A DNA stretch of 64,000 bases. Origin: Promethearchaeota archaeon (GTDB taxonomy: Archaea > Asgardarchaeota > Lokiarchaeia > Sigyniarchaeales > SOKP01). Numbering within the stretch: the stretch's first letter is position 1; every line of letters starts with the position of its first letter. Under the pieces are notes generated by a model that ran no database searches, had not been told where the DNA came from, and was given only the letters and a program-made list of their open reading frames with translations. The position numbers and the translations under genes were made by a program. Positions 39,396 through 49,192 of the stretch are shown piece after piece. The DNA lies in the NCBI GenBank assembly GCA_048940445.1, contig JBHLON010000003.1:1-64000 (forward strand), read 5' to 3'.

Positions 39396-41459
39396 TTAAA
39401 TCAATTCAGGGATAATTTTCAGCTTCTTATTTTTTAAATGTAATTTTTTCAGTAAAGAAAGAACTGTTATCGATTTGGGTAAATCTGTTAAATCGTTGCT
39501 ACTTAACCATAATTGTTCCATTTCATTAAGTAAGCAGATTGATTCTGGGATAGTTCTCAGCTTATTATCATCTAAGTTTAAAAATTTTAAATCTCGAATT
39601 AATCCTATAGATTCAGGAAGCCAGATTAGCTGATTATTATTCAATCTTAAGACTTTTAAAGATTTTAAGTTCCCTATAGACTCTGGTAGCACAGATAAGT
39701 CATTCCAGGATAAATCCAGTGTTTCTAGTGAATAATGAAGATTGATTGAATCGGGGATTTTAATCAATTTATTGTTCATTAGGTATAGATGTTTAATAGA
39801 TTTTAATAACCAAATTGATGTAGGTAATAATTCCAATTTATTCCATCCCAATTTTAATGTCTCTAATGATTTGAGAGTCCCAAATACATCTGGCAAATTT
39901 TTTAATTTATTTTCTTCTACATTTAGGTACTTTAATGAAGTAAATAAATTTAAAGTAGAAGGGAGGTAAGTTAAAAGATTTTTCTCAAGATTAAGAGTTT
40001 GGAGTGATCTTAGTAGGCCAATCGATTCAGGTAGAATTTGTATCCTATTTGAACTTAAAATTAAATTCCTTAAAGAATTAAGATTACCGATGGAATCAGG
40101 AATTCGTTCTAATTTATTTCCTTTTAAGTCTAAGTACTCTAAAGAAGAAAGGTAACCTATTGAATTAGGTAATTCAGTTAGTTGATTATCTGATAAACTT
40201 AAGGATTCTAGCTTATAAAGTGCACCAATTGAAACTGGTAATTTTTTCAGTTTATTTTTATTCAAGTTTAACATCTTTAAAGAGGTGAGTTGCTCAATGT
40301 TTTTAGGTAAAGTACTAAGATTATTTCCTTCTAGATCCAGAATTTCTAAATTTTTAAAAGTATAAATTGTCTCAGGGAGGGTATAAATATTGCAATTTTT
40401 TAAAATAAGGTGTTTTATTGACCTGAAATTTTCAATACAGCTTGATAGAGTAACAATAGATTTTCCCTCAATAAGTAACTTGATTACTTCACCTTTTTGC
40501 ACTCCATATTGTAATTGAGGATTTTTCTTTTTCAAGTAACAAATAGTAATAAAATTTCTTAAAATATCAGATAACTTTGAAATCGAAATATTATCAATTG
40601 AAGCATATAAAATTAATAGCTCTTTAATTGAATTTACAAATTTTTTATCTTCAATTTTTTCAATTTGGTAAATCAAAGTCTTCTTTGCCACATCATTATT
40701 AAGTCTTTCTAAAGCTTTAATTAAAGCAATGTAACAATTGAAGGTTAAGTCGTTATTTAAAGCCCATTTCAGAGAAAAGAATTTAATTTCTTTTAGATTT
40801 TTTAGATTTCTCATCCCTGCTATATCAGTAGTATCTTTTAGTAATTCCCTATACCTCCAATTTATAACAAGATCATCAACTTCAGAGAAATCTAATTTAA
40901 TGATTAAACCATCTTTTAAAGTGTATTTGAGTTTTTTGAATTTCTTTAATAAAGAAAAAATAGTTGCATGATTAATTAGAATTTCTGCTAAATCTTGAGT
41001 ACTATAATTATAGATCAACTTATTTTTAAAGAGAACTGATAAATTCTTTTTAAATTGCTCTGTCTCTATCTTTTCAATTTCATTAATTAGAAGATTATTT
41101 ACCTCTATATCCTTAATCTTCATTAGAGATTTAAGGATTGTGATTAGACAATTATAGCAAGATTCATGTTGAAGAACCCATAAGAAAGGCTTTAACGCCT
41201 TCTCTTTAAATTTATTCTTTATCACTCTTGCAGCAGCATGTCTTAGATTCTCATTTGAGTCAGAAATTAAAATATTCTCCAATATTTGAAATACTCCATT
41301 ATGTTTAATGTCAATTTTATTTAAGATTTCAATAGATTCCTTCCTTATATTGTCATCATCAATATTTTCAATGATATCAATTAATAAATCTATGAATTTA
41401 GTTTTTCCGATATTTTGCCCCCTATAATCATTATATATTGCGCTAGGTTGTAAATTCAT
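39396..41459 (-). CDS. HEAT plus leucine-rich repeat protein
   Basis: About 15 LxxLxLxxNxLxxLPxxIG repeats; N-terminal SDSNENLRHAAA HEAT motif and a duplicated ~60-aa segment. Confidence 0.9.
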   Translation of the reverse strand: MNLQPSAIYNDYRGQNIGKTKFIDLLIDIIENIDDDNIRKESIEILNKIDIKHNGVFQILENILISDSNENLRHAAARVIKNKFKEKALKPFLWVLQHESCYNCLITILKSLMKIKDIEVNNLLINEIEKIETEQFKKNLSVLFKNKLIYNYSTQDLAEILINHATIFSLLKKFKKLKYTLKDGLIIKLDFSEVDDLVINWRYRELLKDTTDIAGMRNLKNLKEIKFFSLKWALNNDLTFNCYIALIKALERLNNDVAKKTLIYQIEKIEDKKFVNSIKELLILYASIDNISISKLSDILRNFITICYLKKKNPQLQYGVQKGEVIKLLIEGKSIVTLSSCIENFRSIKHLILKNCNIYTLPETIYTFKNLEILDLEGNNLSTLPKNIEQLTSLKMLNLNKNKLKKLPVSIGALYKLESLSLSDNQLTELPNSIGYLSSLEYLDLKGNKLERIPDSIGNLNSLRNLILSSNRIQILPESIGLLRSLQTLNLEKNLLTYLPSTLNLFTSLKYLNVEENKLKNLPDVFGTLKSLETLKLGWNKLELLPTSIWLLKSIKHLYLMNNKLIKIPDSINLHYSLETLDLSWNDLSVLPESIGNLKSLKVLRLNNNQLIWLPESIGLIRDLKFLNLDDNKLRTIPESICLLNEMEQLWLSSNDLTDLPKSITVLSLLKKLHLKNKKLKIIPELI

Positions 41460-41565
41460 TTTACCATTAATTCCTGTTAATTTAATAGAAAGAAAAATAG
41501 ATAAAATTTCAAAAAAAAAATTTCTATTCTAGCTCCATTCCAATCATAAAGTTAACTTTGAATCT

Positions 41566-41760
41566 CTAACGCATCTCAACGTTCATTAAACTAGAATAAA
41601 GCTCTTTTCCTTTATTATCTGCTATGGAGAATTTTAGATGGGGTGTTCCAGCTAATAATAAACTAAAATATTGATCAACATTTGCTTTTCCATCAATTTC
41701 AAATGTTGGAATAGATAATTTTTCTTCTAATTCCAGTTCCATAGATATTGCTTCGACCAT
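41566..41760 (-). CDS. Cysteine-less VhuU-like small protein
   Basis: DQYFSLLLAGTPH-LKFSIADNKGKELYSSLMNV aligns with VhuU VRCFDCULSCAAH-ITVVDENGSEIYSRELNV. Confidence 0.55.
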   Translation of the reverse strand: MVEAISMELELEEKLSIPTFEIDGKANVDQYFSLLLAGTPHLKFSIADNKGKELYSSLMNVEMR

Positions 41761-41847
41761 ATTTTATCATCTTTTTGTTTTTAGTTTGCATTAATCTATT
41801 TTATCTAAACTAAAATTCTCCTTGAAAATATTTAAATATATCGGTTA

Positions 41848-41923
41848 TTGGTTAATTTAAACAACTGAATCCTTTATTGTTTCAATTCTAAACAATTTTA
41901 ACTAAATAGTTTCAATTTAAAAG
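41848..41923. promoter_or_regulatory. Three phased palindromic operator boxes
   Basis: Half-site TTTAAAC (41856), GTTTCAA-T-TCTAAAC (41879), GTTTCAA-T-TTAAAAG (41909). Confidence 0.6.
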
Positions 41924-42071
41924 ATAAAAAATACTTGAATTTTTCTTTTCATCAAAAATTAAGGTGTTCAAACGATCGGATCCCAACAATTTTAAGATTT
42001 TTTGATCATTCTCCTAAATTTTAAACGAAAATGGTTACCCATTTCTTATAAAATATAAGTATTCGATAATT

Positions 42072-42746
42072 TCAGGTTTTGATTCGTTTTAACAAAGATT
42101 CCCAAAATCTCATTTTAAAATCCCCTGAAAAGTGAAGTGAACGATCCTCTAAACTTATAGCTTTTACTGAACACGCTCTAACACACGTACCGCATTTGAT
42201 GCATTTTTCTTCATTAAATGATACTCTAGTTTTTTTTGAGCCATTATCACTCTGTGATTTAGATTTAATTAGAGCTTCCTGAGGGCATACATCCACGCAT
42301 GACATGCATTTAATACATTTATCCCAATCTATAGAGATTTTACCATCAAAATATACATTTATGATTTTTTTAGATTTTTTAGATTTAATTGATTTATAAT
42401 CTAATCTGGGGACAACCTTATTTTTCACTATCCCTAAATCATCTTTGTTTATTAATTTTTCATTATATTTAAGAGATATTGCTGTTAGGGGGCACATAAA
42501 CATACAAGTCCCACAATATGAACATTTAAGGACATTTGGTGTATCAGGTACGAGATCCTCTGTTTTTACCCGTACTTTTCCCTCTAAATTTCGAGCAGGA
42601 ATAGCATTATTAGGGCAAACTTTGATACAAAAGCCACATCCAATGCATTTTTCCTTATCGATCGCAATAGTATAATTTTCAGTATAAAAATTTAAAATTA
42701 CTTCATTAAATTTATCTGTCTGAATTTCTTTAACTCTTGGATACAA
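42072..42746 (-). CDS. Polyferredoxin (four 4Fe-4S motifs)
   Basis: CIGCGFCIKVCP, CSYCGTCMFMCP, CIKCMSCVDVCP, CIKCGTCVRACS. Confidence 0.88.
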   Translation of the reverse strand: MYPRVKEIQTDKFNEVILNFYTENYTIAIDKEKCIGCGFCIKVCPNNAIPARNLEGKVRVKTEDLVPDTPNVLKCSYCGTCMFMCPLTAISLKYNEKLINKDDLGIVKNKVVPRLDYKSIKSKKSKKIINVYFDGKISIDWDKCIKCMSCVDVCPQEALIKSKSQSDNGSKKTRVSFNEEKCIKCGTCVRACSVKAISLEDRSLHFSGDFKMRFWESLLKRIKT

Positions 42747-42781
42747 TTCTCATTCAACCTATAATAACATTTTTCATAAAA

Positions 42782-43204
42782 TTATGTAGTTTTTAGTGGA
42801 TTAGGGCCTAATTCCTTCAATTCTTCTACAAAATTATTAACAACATTCGTAAGTTTGCTTCCTTCAGATGCAGAAACAAAGATATATTTAACTCTTTTTG
42901 GATTTATTCCGAATTGTTTTAAATACTTCGATAATAATGGTATTTTTCTTGCAGTTTTTTGATTTCCTGTCACATAATGACAATCTCCCAGATGGCAATG
43001 TGAAATTAAAACACCATCTACCCCATCTTTTAAGGCAGTAACAACAAAATATGGGTCAATTCTTCCTCCGCACATCACACGTAAAATCCTTAGACTAGCA
43101 TATCTCTGCATCCGTGAGGTTCCTGCTTGATCTGCTCCTGCATAAGAGCACCAATGGCAAAAAATGCCTAAAATAGATGGATCGTAAGATTTAACTTCTG
43201 TCAT
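42782..43204 (-). CDS. mvhD: Methyl-viologen-reducing hydrogenase delta subunit (Cys form)
   Basis: FCHWCSYAGADQAG, RVMCGGRID, CHLGDCHY..GN, SASEG; start at ATG 43204 (ORF-track extension overlaps hdrA). Confidence 0.93.
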   Translation of the reverse strand: MTEVKSYDPSILGIFCHWCSYAGADQAGTSRMQRYASLRILRVMCGGRIDPYFVVTALKDGVDGVLISHCHLGDCHYVTGNQKTARKIPLLSKYLKQFGINPKRVKYIFVSASEGSKLTNVVNNFVEELKELGPNPLKTT

Positions 43205-43209
43205 GATAA

Positions 43210-45189
43210 TCAGCCCTCCACTTCGTCTAGTTTTTGAATTGCTGTATGCACCATTGGTATCAATTGAACATCTCCAAATTGATTTTGTATAATAGCAGAA
43301 TTTGGACAAGCAGCAACGCAAGTACCGCATCCCTTGCATAAAACTTTATTAATTTCGGCAATACCTTTAATTTCATTAAAAGAAATTGCATTGTAAGGAC
43401 ATAAACTTAAGCAACTTTTACAACCAGTGCATTTATGATTTAATACAATAGAAAAGATGGGATCAATCTCAACCTTTCCTTTAGCAATTAGTAAAGATGC
43501 TTCAACTGCAGCTGCTTTTGCTTGAGCAACTGTATCAGGAATGTCTTTAGGACCTTGAACTGTACCTGCAATGAAAACTCCATCCGTAAGAGTTTCTACT
43601 GGACGTAATTTAGGATGAGCTTCCATTAAAAACCCATCTTCTGATTTTTGTACATTAAACAAGCGTGAGACTTTATTCGAATCTGCTCGTGGCTCTAATC
43701 CCACTGCTAGAACTAACAAATCGGCTTCTATTTCTACTAATCTTTGGAGGAGAGTATCTTCTCCCCGGATGATAATATTATGATTTTTATCTTCAAATAC
43801 TTCAGAAATTCTTCCTCTTATAAATTTAACACCATAGTCTCTCGCAGTAGAATCATAAAATTCTTCATAACCTTTTCCGAATGCTCGGATATCAATATAA
43901 AAAATATAAACGTTAGAATCTGGATGCTTTTCTTTATAAAGGCGAGCTTGTTTTGCTGAATACATACAACATACTCTAGAACAATACTTATTTCCTTTTT
44001 CAGTAAAATCTCTACTACCTACACATTGTAAAAAAATAATAGTCGATGGTTCTTTTAAGTCAGACGGTCTCTGGATTTTACCACCAGTTGGACCAAAAGA
44101 GCTTAATAGCCTTTCCATTTGAAGTCCCGTAATCACATTTTGATATCTTCCATACCCATATTGAGTTAATATTGTTGGATCATATGTGTCAAAGCCTGTT
44201 GCCAAAATTATTGCTCCCACCTTAACTTCTTTATACTCTATTTTATCATCGTAATTAACCGCTCCAACAGGACACACTTCCGCACATATTCCACATTGTA
44301 TACAATGCTGCATATCAATTGTATATTTTCCTGGAATAGCTTGAGGAAATGGGATATAGGCAGCTTTTCTTTTTTTCATTCCAATATCAAATTCATTTGG
44401 ACTTACGACTATACACGCTTCAGCACAACTTCCGCATCCAGTACATTTTTCTTGATCTATATAGTGAGGGTATTTCTTTATATTGACAATAAAATTACCT
44501 ATGTATCCCGAAATTTCAGAAACTTCAGAATACGTCATTAATTCAATATTTTTTGCTTTAGCTACTTCAGACATTTTAGGGGTAATAACACATGATGAAC
44601 AATCTAATGTTGGAAATGTTTTATCAAGTTGTGCCATATGACCACCTATAGAAGGTGTTTTTTCCACTAGATAAACCTTATAGCCAAAATTTGCGAGAGC
44701 TAAAGAAGCATTCATTCCAGCTATTCCTCCACCTACTACTAAACATGCTGGCTCGACATCAACATAAAATTTATCTAATGCTCTTAGTTCATTAACTTTA
44801 GCTACACCCATTCTAATATGTGCTTGAGCGATTTTATAAGCTCCCTCAGGGTCATTTGCATTAACCCAACTACACTGTTCACGAATGTTTGCTATTTCGC
44901 ATAAGTATTGATTTAAACCAGCATCTTCACAGACTTTTTTAAAGGTGGATTCATGCATTCTAGGTGAACAAGACGCTACAACTACTCGATCTATTTCACC
45001 ATTTTCAATCTTTTCTTGAATTAATCCTTGACCAATTTCTGAACACATAAACTTATAATTTTCAGCTGCAATCACATTAGGCAACGTTTTAGCATATTTA
45101 GTTAGTTTATCTACATCTATTACTCCAGCGATATTATTACCGCAGTGACAAATGAAAACGCCTACTTTCTGTTCATCCTTCAATTTCAT
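43210..45189 (-). CDS. hdrA: Heterodisulfide reductase subunit A (Cys form)
   Basis: GVFICHCG.NIA, VVGGGIAG, DKTFPTLDCSSC, QCVGSRD, CSRVCCMY, GPKDIPDTVAQA, four ferredoxin motifs. Confidence 0.96.
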   Translation of the reverse strand: MKLKDEQKVGVFICHCGNNIAGVIDVDKLTKYAKTLPNVIAAENYKFMCSEIGQGLIQEKIENGEIDRVVVASCSPRMHESTFKKVCEDAGLNQYLCEIANIREQCSWVNANDPEGAYKIAQAHIRMGVAKVNELRALDKFYVDVEPACLVVGGGIAGMNASLALANFGYKVYLVEKTPSIGGHMAQLDKTFPTLDCSSCVITPKMSEVAKAKNIELMTYSEVSEISGYIGNFIVNIKKYPHYIDQEKCTGCGSCAEACIVVSPNEFDIGMKKRKAAYIPFPQAIPGKYTIDMQHCIQCGICAEVCPVGAVNYDDKIEYKEVKVGAIILATGFDTYDPTILTQYGYGRYQNVITGLQMERLLSSFGPTGGKIQRPSDLKEPSTIIFLQCVGSRDFTEKGNKYCSRVCCMYSAKQARLYKEKHPDSNVYIFYIDIRAFGKGYEEFYDSTARDYGVKFIRGRISEVFEDKNHNIIIRGEDTLLQRLVEIEADLLVLAVGLEPRADSNKVSRLFNVQKSEDGFLMEAHPKLRPVETLTDGVFIAGTVQGPKDIPDTVAQAKAAAVEASLLIAKGKVEIDPIFSIVLNHKCTGCKSCLSLCPYNAISFNEIKGIAEINKVLCKGCGTCVAACPNSAIIQNQFGDVQLIPMVHTAIQKLDEVEG

Positions 45190-46129
45190 CACTAACTCTT
45201 TCTAAAAATGGTTTAATCGATGTAAAGGGTGGCACTCCTTTTAATTCTATATCTCTTACTAGTCCAACATCTTCTGGACTTAAGCCTATTGCAAGACCTA
45301 AGAGCTGTGTATAATAAATAACAGGAAAATTAAAAGGAGTCTCAATCTTTTCTTTAAATATATTATTAATCTCAATTTGACCTAGATCAAACTGAAGATG
45401 ACAAAAGGGACAGGCAGTAACAATAATTTCTGCTCCAGCAGTCCTCATGTTTTCTAACTTCTCTCTAGTAAAGTCTAATGATATCTCTTTAAAGGCACTT
45501 CTCACTGCTCCAGCTGCACCACAACACATATTTTTGTCTTTATAATCTATACTCTTACAGCCAGTTATTTCTACTAATTCATCTAAAAATTGTGGATTTT
45601 CGGTTTCATTACCCCAAGGTCGAATATTCGCTGGCTTTTGAATATGGCAGCCATAATGAACTGCTACGTTTAAATTTAATCCTTTTTTACGGCCGTACTT
45701 TACTCTTTTTCTTAATTTTTCTATTCCAATGTCTTTGTATAGAATTTCTATAATATGTTTTACATTTACGCTTCCTTGATATTCTCGATTTATTTTAGCA
45801 AGATGTTTGTTGACCATCTCTTTTTTTAGTTTGTTTGTTTTCAATTGATGATTGACTTCAAGTAAGCTTCCATAACAACCATTACACATCGTAGCGAGGT
45901 CAAGATTGTTTTGTTCTGCAATTGTTAAATTCCTAGCTCCTATAATCAACCAAGTATCTATATCAAATCCACGAAATACACCTGGGGCTGGACAACAAGA
46001 TGCCCCATTCATTTCAACAAATTCAATACCCAATTTTTGAAATACATTCCGAGTCGCTAATTCAATAAAAGGATATCGGTTTGGAATAACGCAACCAAGG
46101 AAAAGTGAATACTTTCGATTTATGCTCAT
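45173..46129 (-). CDS. hdrB: Heterodisulfide reductase subunit B (second copy)
   Basis: FLGC, SCCPAPG, ARNL, CNGCY, HYGCH, CCGAAG, CPFCHLQFD. Confidence 0.95.
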   Translation of the reverse strand: MSINRKYSLFLGCVIPNRYPFIELATRNVFQKLGIEFVEMNGASCCPAPGVFRGFDIDTWLIIGARNLTIAEQNNLDLATMCNGCYGSLLEVNHQLKTNKLKKEMVNKHLAKINREYQGSVNVKHIIEILYKDIGIEKLRKRVKYGRKKGLNLNVAVHYGCHIQKPANIRPWGNETENPQFLDELVEITGCKSIDYKDKNMCCGAAGAVRSAFKEISLDFTREKLENMRTAGAEIIVTACPFCHLQFDLGQIEINNIFKEKIETPFNFPVIYYTQLLGLAIGLSPEDVGLVRDIELKGVPPFTSIKPFLERVSDEIEG

Positions 46130-46164
46130 CCCTTTAAAACCTCTTAAATTTTAATAGTAATAAA

Positions 46165-46740
46165 CTATCTTTCTTCTTTGTTAACCTCTTTTTTTTTGGA
46201 ATCAAGATTTACTAATTTATCAAATTTAGCGCTGTGAAGAAGTATCTGGATTTCTTTCAGATCAGTCTGATTAGAGTGGACAGTTGGTGGTATTTGTTTT
46301 AAACCATATGATTGCCTTAATCTTTTCCATTTATCATCATCTATAGGGACTCCATGTCCTGAGTCATAAAGTTTTTTACATAATTCAAGGTGACTTTCAA
46401 GAATGAATCCTTTTCGCACTGCTAGATTTCTCAAATAAATAAGCATATCTGTTATAGGTAATTTACGAGGACACCTCTCGAGGCAAGTATAACAAGTAGA
46501 ACAATACCAAATATCTTTTTCTGTTAGAACTTCTTCAATACCCAATTGAACTTTTCTTATAATTGTTCTAACTCTTAATGCCGTTCTTCTTCCTGATGGA
46601 CATCCGCCAGAACAAGTTCCACATTGAATGCAGGCATTAATTTCGGGATATCCTGCATTTTTTAAAGAGTTGGCTAAATTATCTGTGAAGCTTTTAATTA
46701 TCTCTGGTTCAGAATCGATCATACTTATACTTTTCTCCAA
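46165..46740 (-). CDS. hdrC: Heterodisulfide reductase subunit C (second copy)
   Basis: CIQCGTCSGGCPSGR, WYCSTCYTCLERCPR, GHGVP, PPTVH. Confidence 0.93.
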   Translation of the reverse strand: MEKSISMIDSEPEIIKSFTDNLANSLKNAGYPEINACIQCGTCSGGCPSGRRTALRVRTIIRKVQLGIEEVLTEKDIWYCSTCYTCLERCPRKLPITDMLIYLRNLAVRKGFILESHLELCKKLYDSGHGVPIDDDKWKRLRQSYGLKQIPPTVHSNQTDLKEIQILLHSAKFDKLVNLDSKKKEVNKEER

Positions 46741-46913
46741 AAATTTTTCATTATTCTTCTATTTAATAAATTTTTTTGATAAAATAGTAATTTAGAAGAG
46801 ATAGGATAGACTTAACTTTAATTAAGTCTGTAAAAATAGACCTTTTCTTAATATTTAAGTTTTTCTTTTACTTAATATAGGATTGGGAAATTCTAACTAT
46901 TCAATCCTATAAT

Positions 46914-46958
46914 GTATCAATTTTAAACAACTTTTTAGTATTAATTTAAATTTTAAAC
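46914..46958. promoter_or_regulatory. Two phased palindromic operator boxes
   Basis: GTATCAA-T-TTTAAAC (46914) and ATTTAAA-T-TTTAAAC (46944), 30 bp apart. Confidence 0.55.
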
Positions 46959-47351
46959 TTATTCTCCATGAAAATAAATAAAATAAATTTTTGAATAGCG
47001 TTTTGGATTACTAATGAAAAAGAAAATTTACGTTGAATGAAAATTATTCTCATTATTTTGGTTAAAAATTAAATAATATTAATATAAATAGATAATTCTA
47101 ATTCATTGTAATTCTGTAACGACTCAAGAATTTCAGATTTTTTTATTTCTAATTCGAAAGTTTAATAAATTATCATGTCGGTACAAAATAAGCAACCCAA
47201 TTCAGCAGATCGGTTTAGAAAAATTTATTTCAACTGACAAAGAGAGATAATTTAGCATAACGGGTTCCTTTTTTTTTATAACAAGTTATTTTTTCTAATT
47301 TAATTATTTTATTTTATACGAGTTATATATAACTAATAAATATAGATTAAA

Positions 47352-48722
47352 ATGTCTTTAACTGTAAATTATTTACAACTCAGCTCTTGCTGGGGATGTC
47401 ATCAGAGTCTATTAAATGCCCATTTTGAATTACTTCCAATTCTACCTGAACTAAATTTCGTTTTTTGGAGATCAGAATATACTAAAACGAATCGCAACCA
47501 AATTAAGAAAGGAAAGATTGGGATTATAGAGGGAATTATAAGAACAAAACAAGATACTGTTAATGTCAAACGATTAAGGAAAGAATGTGAATATATTGTT
47601 TCTCTAGGAGCATGTGCTTGTTATGGAAGCATTCCGGGATTAGCTAATTTAATTGATAAAGAGGAATTAATAAAAAGCGAATTTATAAAAAATGAAAAAT
47701 CTTTGGATGAAGAATATGATGTTCGAAATTTTGATTTACCAGATTTTGAAAAATATGTTTATAACGTTAAAGATATAATTCATGTTGACATTTACGTTCC
47801 TGGTTGCCCCCCAAAAACTGAAAACATAATTGCAACAATTTTACACTTAAAATCATTTATTTTAGACCGTGATAGTCCACAAAATCAAAATTTTTCTGTA
47901 TGTGATAAATGCAATCTATTTAATGAAGGTTGTTTCTTAGATAATGGTACATTATGCTATGGTGCAATAACCGCTGGAGGATGTAAACTAATGTGCCCAA
48001 ATAAAGGTGAAATTTGTTTTGGTTGCTTTAAGCATACAAAAATTCCGGGAGAGAAAGCAGAAAGTTTGCTTGATTTAATTATGAATTTAGATCAATTAGA
48101 TGAAAAAATTAGATCAAATTTTTTACGTTTTCTAATATTATATTTAGGATCCACAAGTATTACAAGTTTTTACTTTTATGATGACTTGGTTCAACGTTTA
48201 GCCTATGAACCCGAAAGTTTTAATGATTTTGAAAATAAAAACACCAAGAAATTAGATTTAAATCCGACGGGAATAGAAATAAATGATGATATTATTAGCT
48301 CGATAATTTTTCTATTAAAGAATGATCGTAACTTCAAATTTAGCTCTAAAACTGTCTGTAGTCATTGTGATAGAGTGATTGTTAATAAGGTTCCAACTGA
48401 GTTAAAGAGAGATTATGAAGGATTACCTACAACAGATAAATGTTTCCTAGAACAAGGATATATATGTCTTGGGTTAGTCACTCAAGCAGGATGTGGAACA
48501 ATCTGTCCTAATAAAGGAAATGCTCCTTGCTTGGGATGCTATGGACCTCCAGTTGGTATTAAAGATCAAGGTATAAAGCTTATAAGTACATTGGGTTCTC
48601 TATTATCTGATCGTGATCCCAAAGAAATTTTAGATTTTATTAAAGATCCTGTAGGACTATTTAATAGATTTACATTGGCAGATAGTATTTTAGGACATAA
48701 AAACTATAAAAATAATCATTAG
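47352..48722 (+). CDS. mvhG: Second MvhG paralog (duplicated C-terminal module; no adjacent large subunit)
   Basis: CWGCHQSLLNAH, GACACYG, PGCPP, two C-terminal Cys modules as in 26553..27878. Confidence 0.85.
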   Translation: MSLTVNYLQLSSCWGCHQSLLNAHFELLPILPELNFVFWRSEYTKTNRNQIKKGKIGIIEGIIRTKQDTVNVKRLRKECEYIVSLGACACYGSIPGLANLIDKEELIKSEFIKNEKSLDEEYDVRNFDLPDFEKYVYNVKDIIHVDIYVPGCPPKTENIIATILHLKSFILDRDSPQNQNFSVCDKCNLFNEGCFLDNGTLCYGAITAGGCKLMCPNKGEICFGCFKHTKIPGEKAESLLDLIMNLDQLDEKIRSNFLRFLILYLGSTSITSFYFYDDLVQRLAYEPESFNDFENKNTKKLDLNPTGIEINDDIISSIIFLLKNDRNFKFSSKTVCSHCDRVIVNKVPTELKRDYEGLPTTDKCFLEQGYICLGLVTQAGCGTICPNKGNAPCLGCYGPPVGIKDQGIKLISTLGSLLSDRDPKEILDFIKDPVGLFNRFTLADSILGHKNYKNNH

Positions 48723-49048
48723 TTCTTTTCAATAGGCTTAAAATTTTTAAAAAGATGGCGAATTCCCATTATTGGATGTAAATATATCATGCGAGGGCCA
48801 GAATATCGCATAACCTCTTGAATTCTTTCTCTCATAGTAGGTTTATAACAATGAATAGGACATTTTTTACAGGTCGGTTTATTTTTTCCAAATCTGCAAT
48901 TTTTTAATCGTTCTTCAACATATTCAAGAAGTTCAAGACATTCATTACATAATTCGCTTTTATTACCATGAAATTTCTTACAATATATTTTAACCATTGT
49001 TTGAACAGTAATTCTTTCTTTTTCAATAGTCTTATTGTATGAATTCAT
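48719..49048 (-). CDS. YgbA/nitrous oxide-stimulated promoter family protein
   Basis: TV..MV.IYC...H...LC.EC..L..Y...RL..C....KPTC..CPIHCYKP..R..I..VMRYSGPRM. Confidence 0.88.
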   Translation of the reverse strand: MNSYNKTIEKERITVQTMVKIYCKKFHGNKSELCNECLELLEYVEERLKNCRFGKNKPTCKKCPIHCYKPTMRERIQEVMRYSGPRMIYLHPIMGIRHLFKNFKPIEKN

Positions 49049-49192
49049 TTTATAATCACAATATAATTTTCCCCTTAATATTTTCTATTGTAAGTAATAA
49101 ATAGCGAGTTTTTATTTTTTCGTATAAATACCATCAAATATATTATATTGAATAATCTAAATTCTTTTAATTTTTCCTTCTTATTTTCATTT

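Noticed and set aside
43205-43339. ORF-track N-terminal extension of mvhD
   Set aside because: Overlaps hdrA in another frame; the ATG at 43204 has a GGAGG SD and matches MvhD length.
47100-47270. Slightly GC-richer patch between hdrC2 and mvhG2
   Set aside because: No convincing ORF, repeat or stable structure found by eye.
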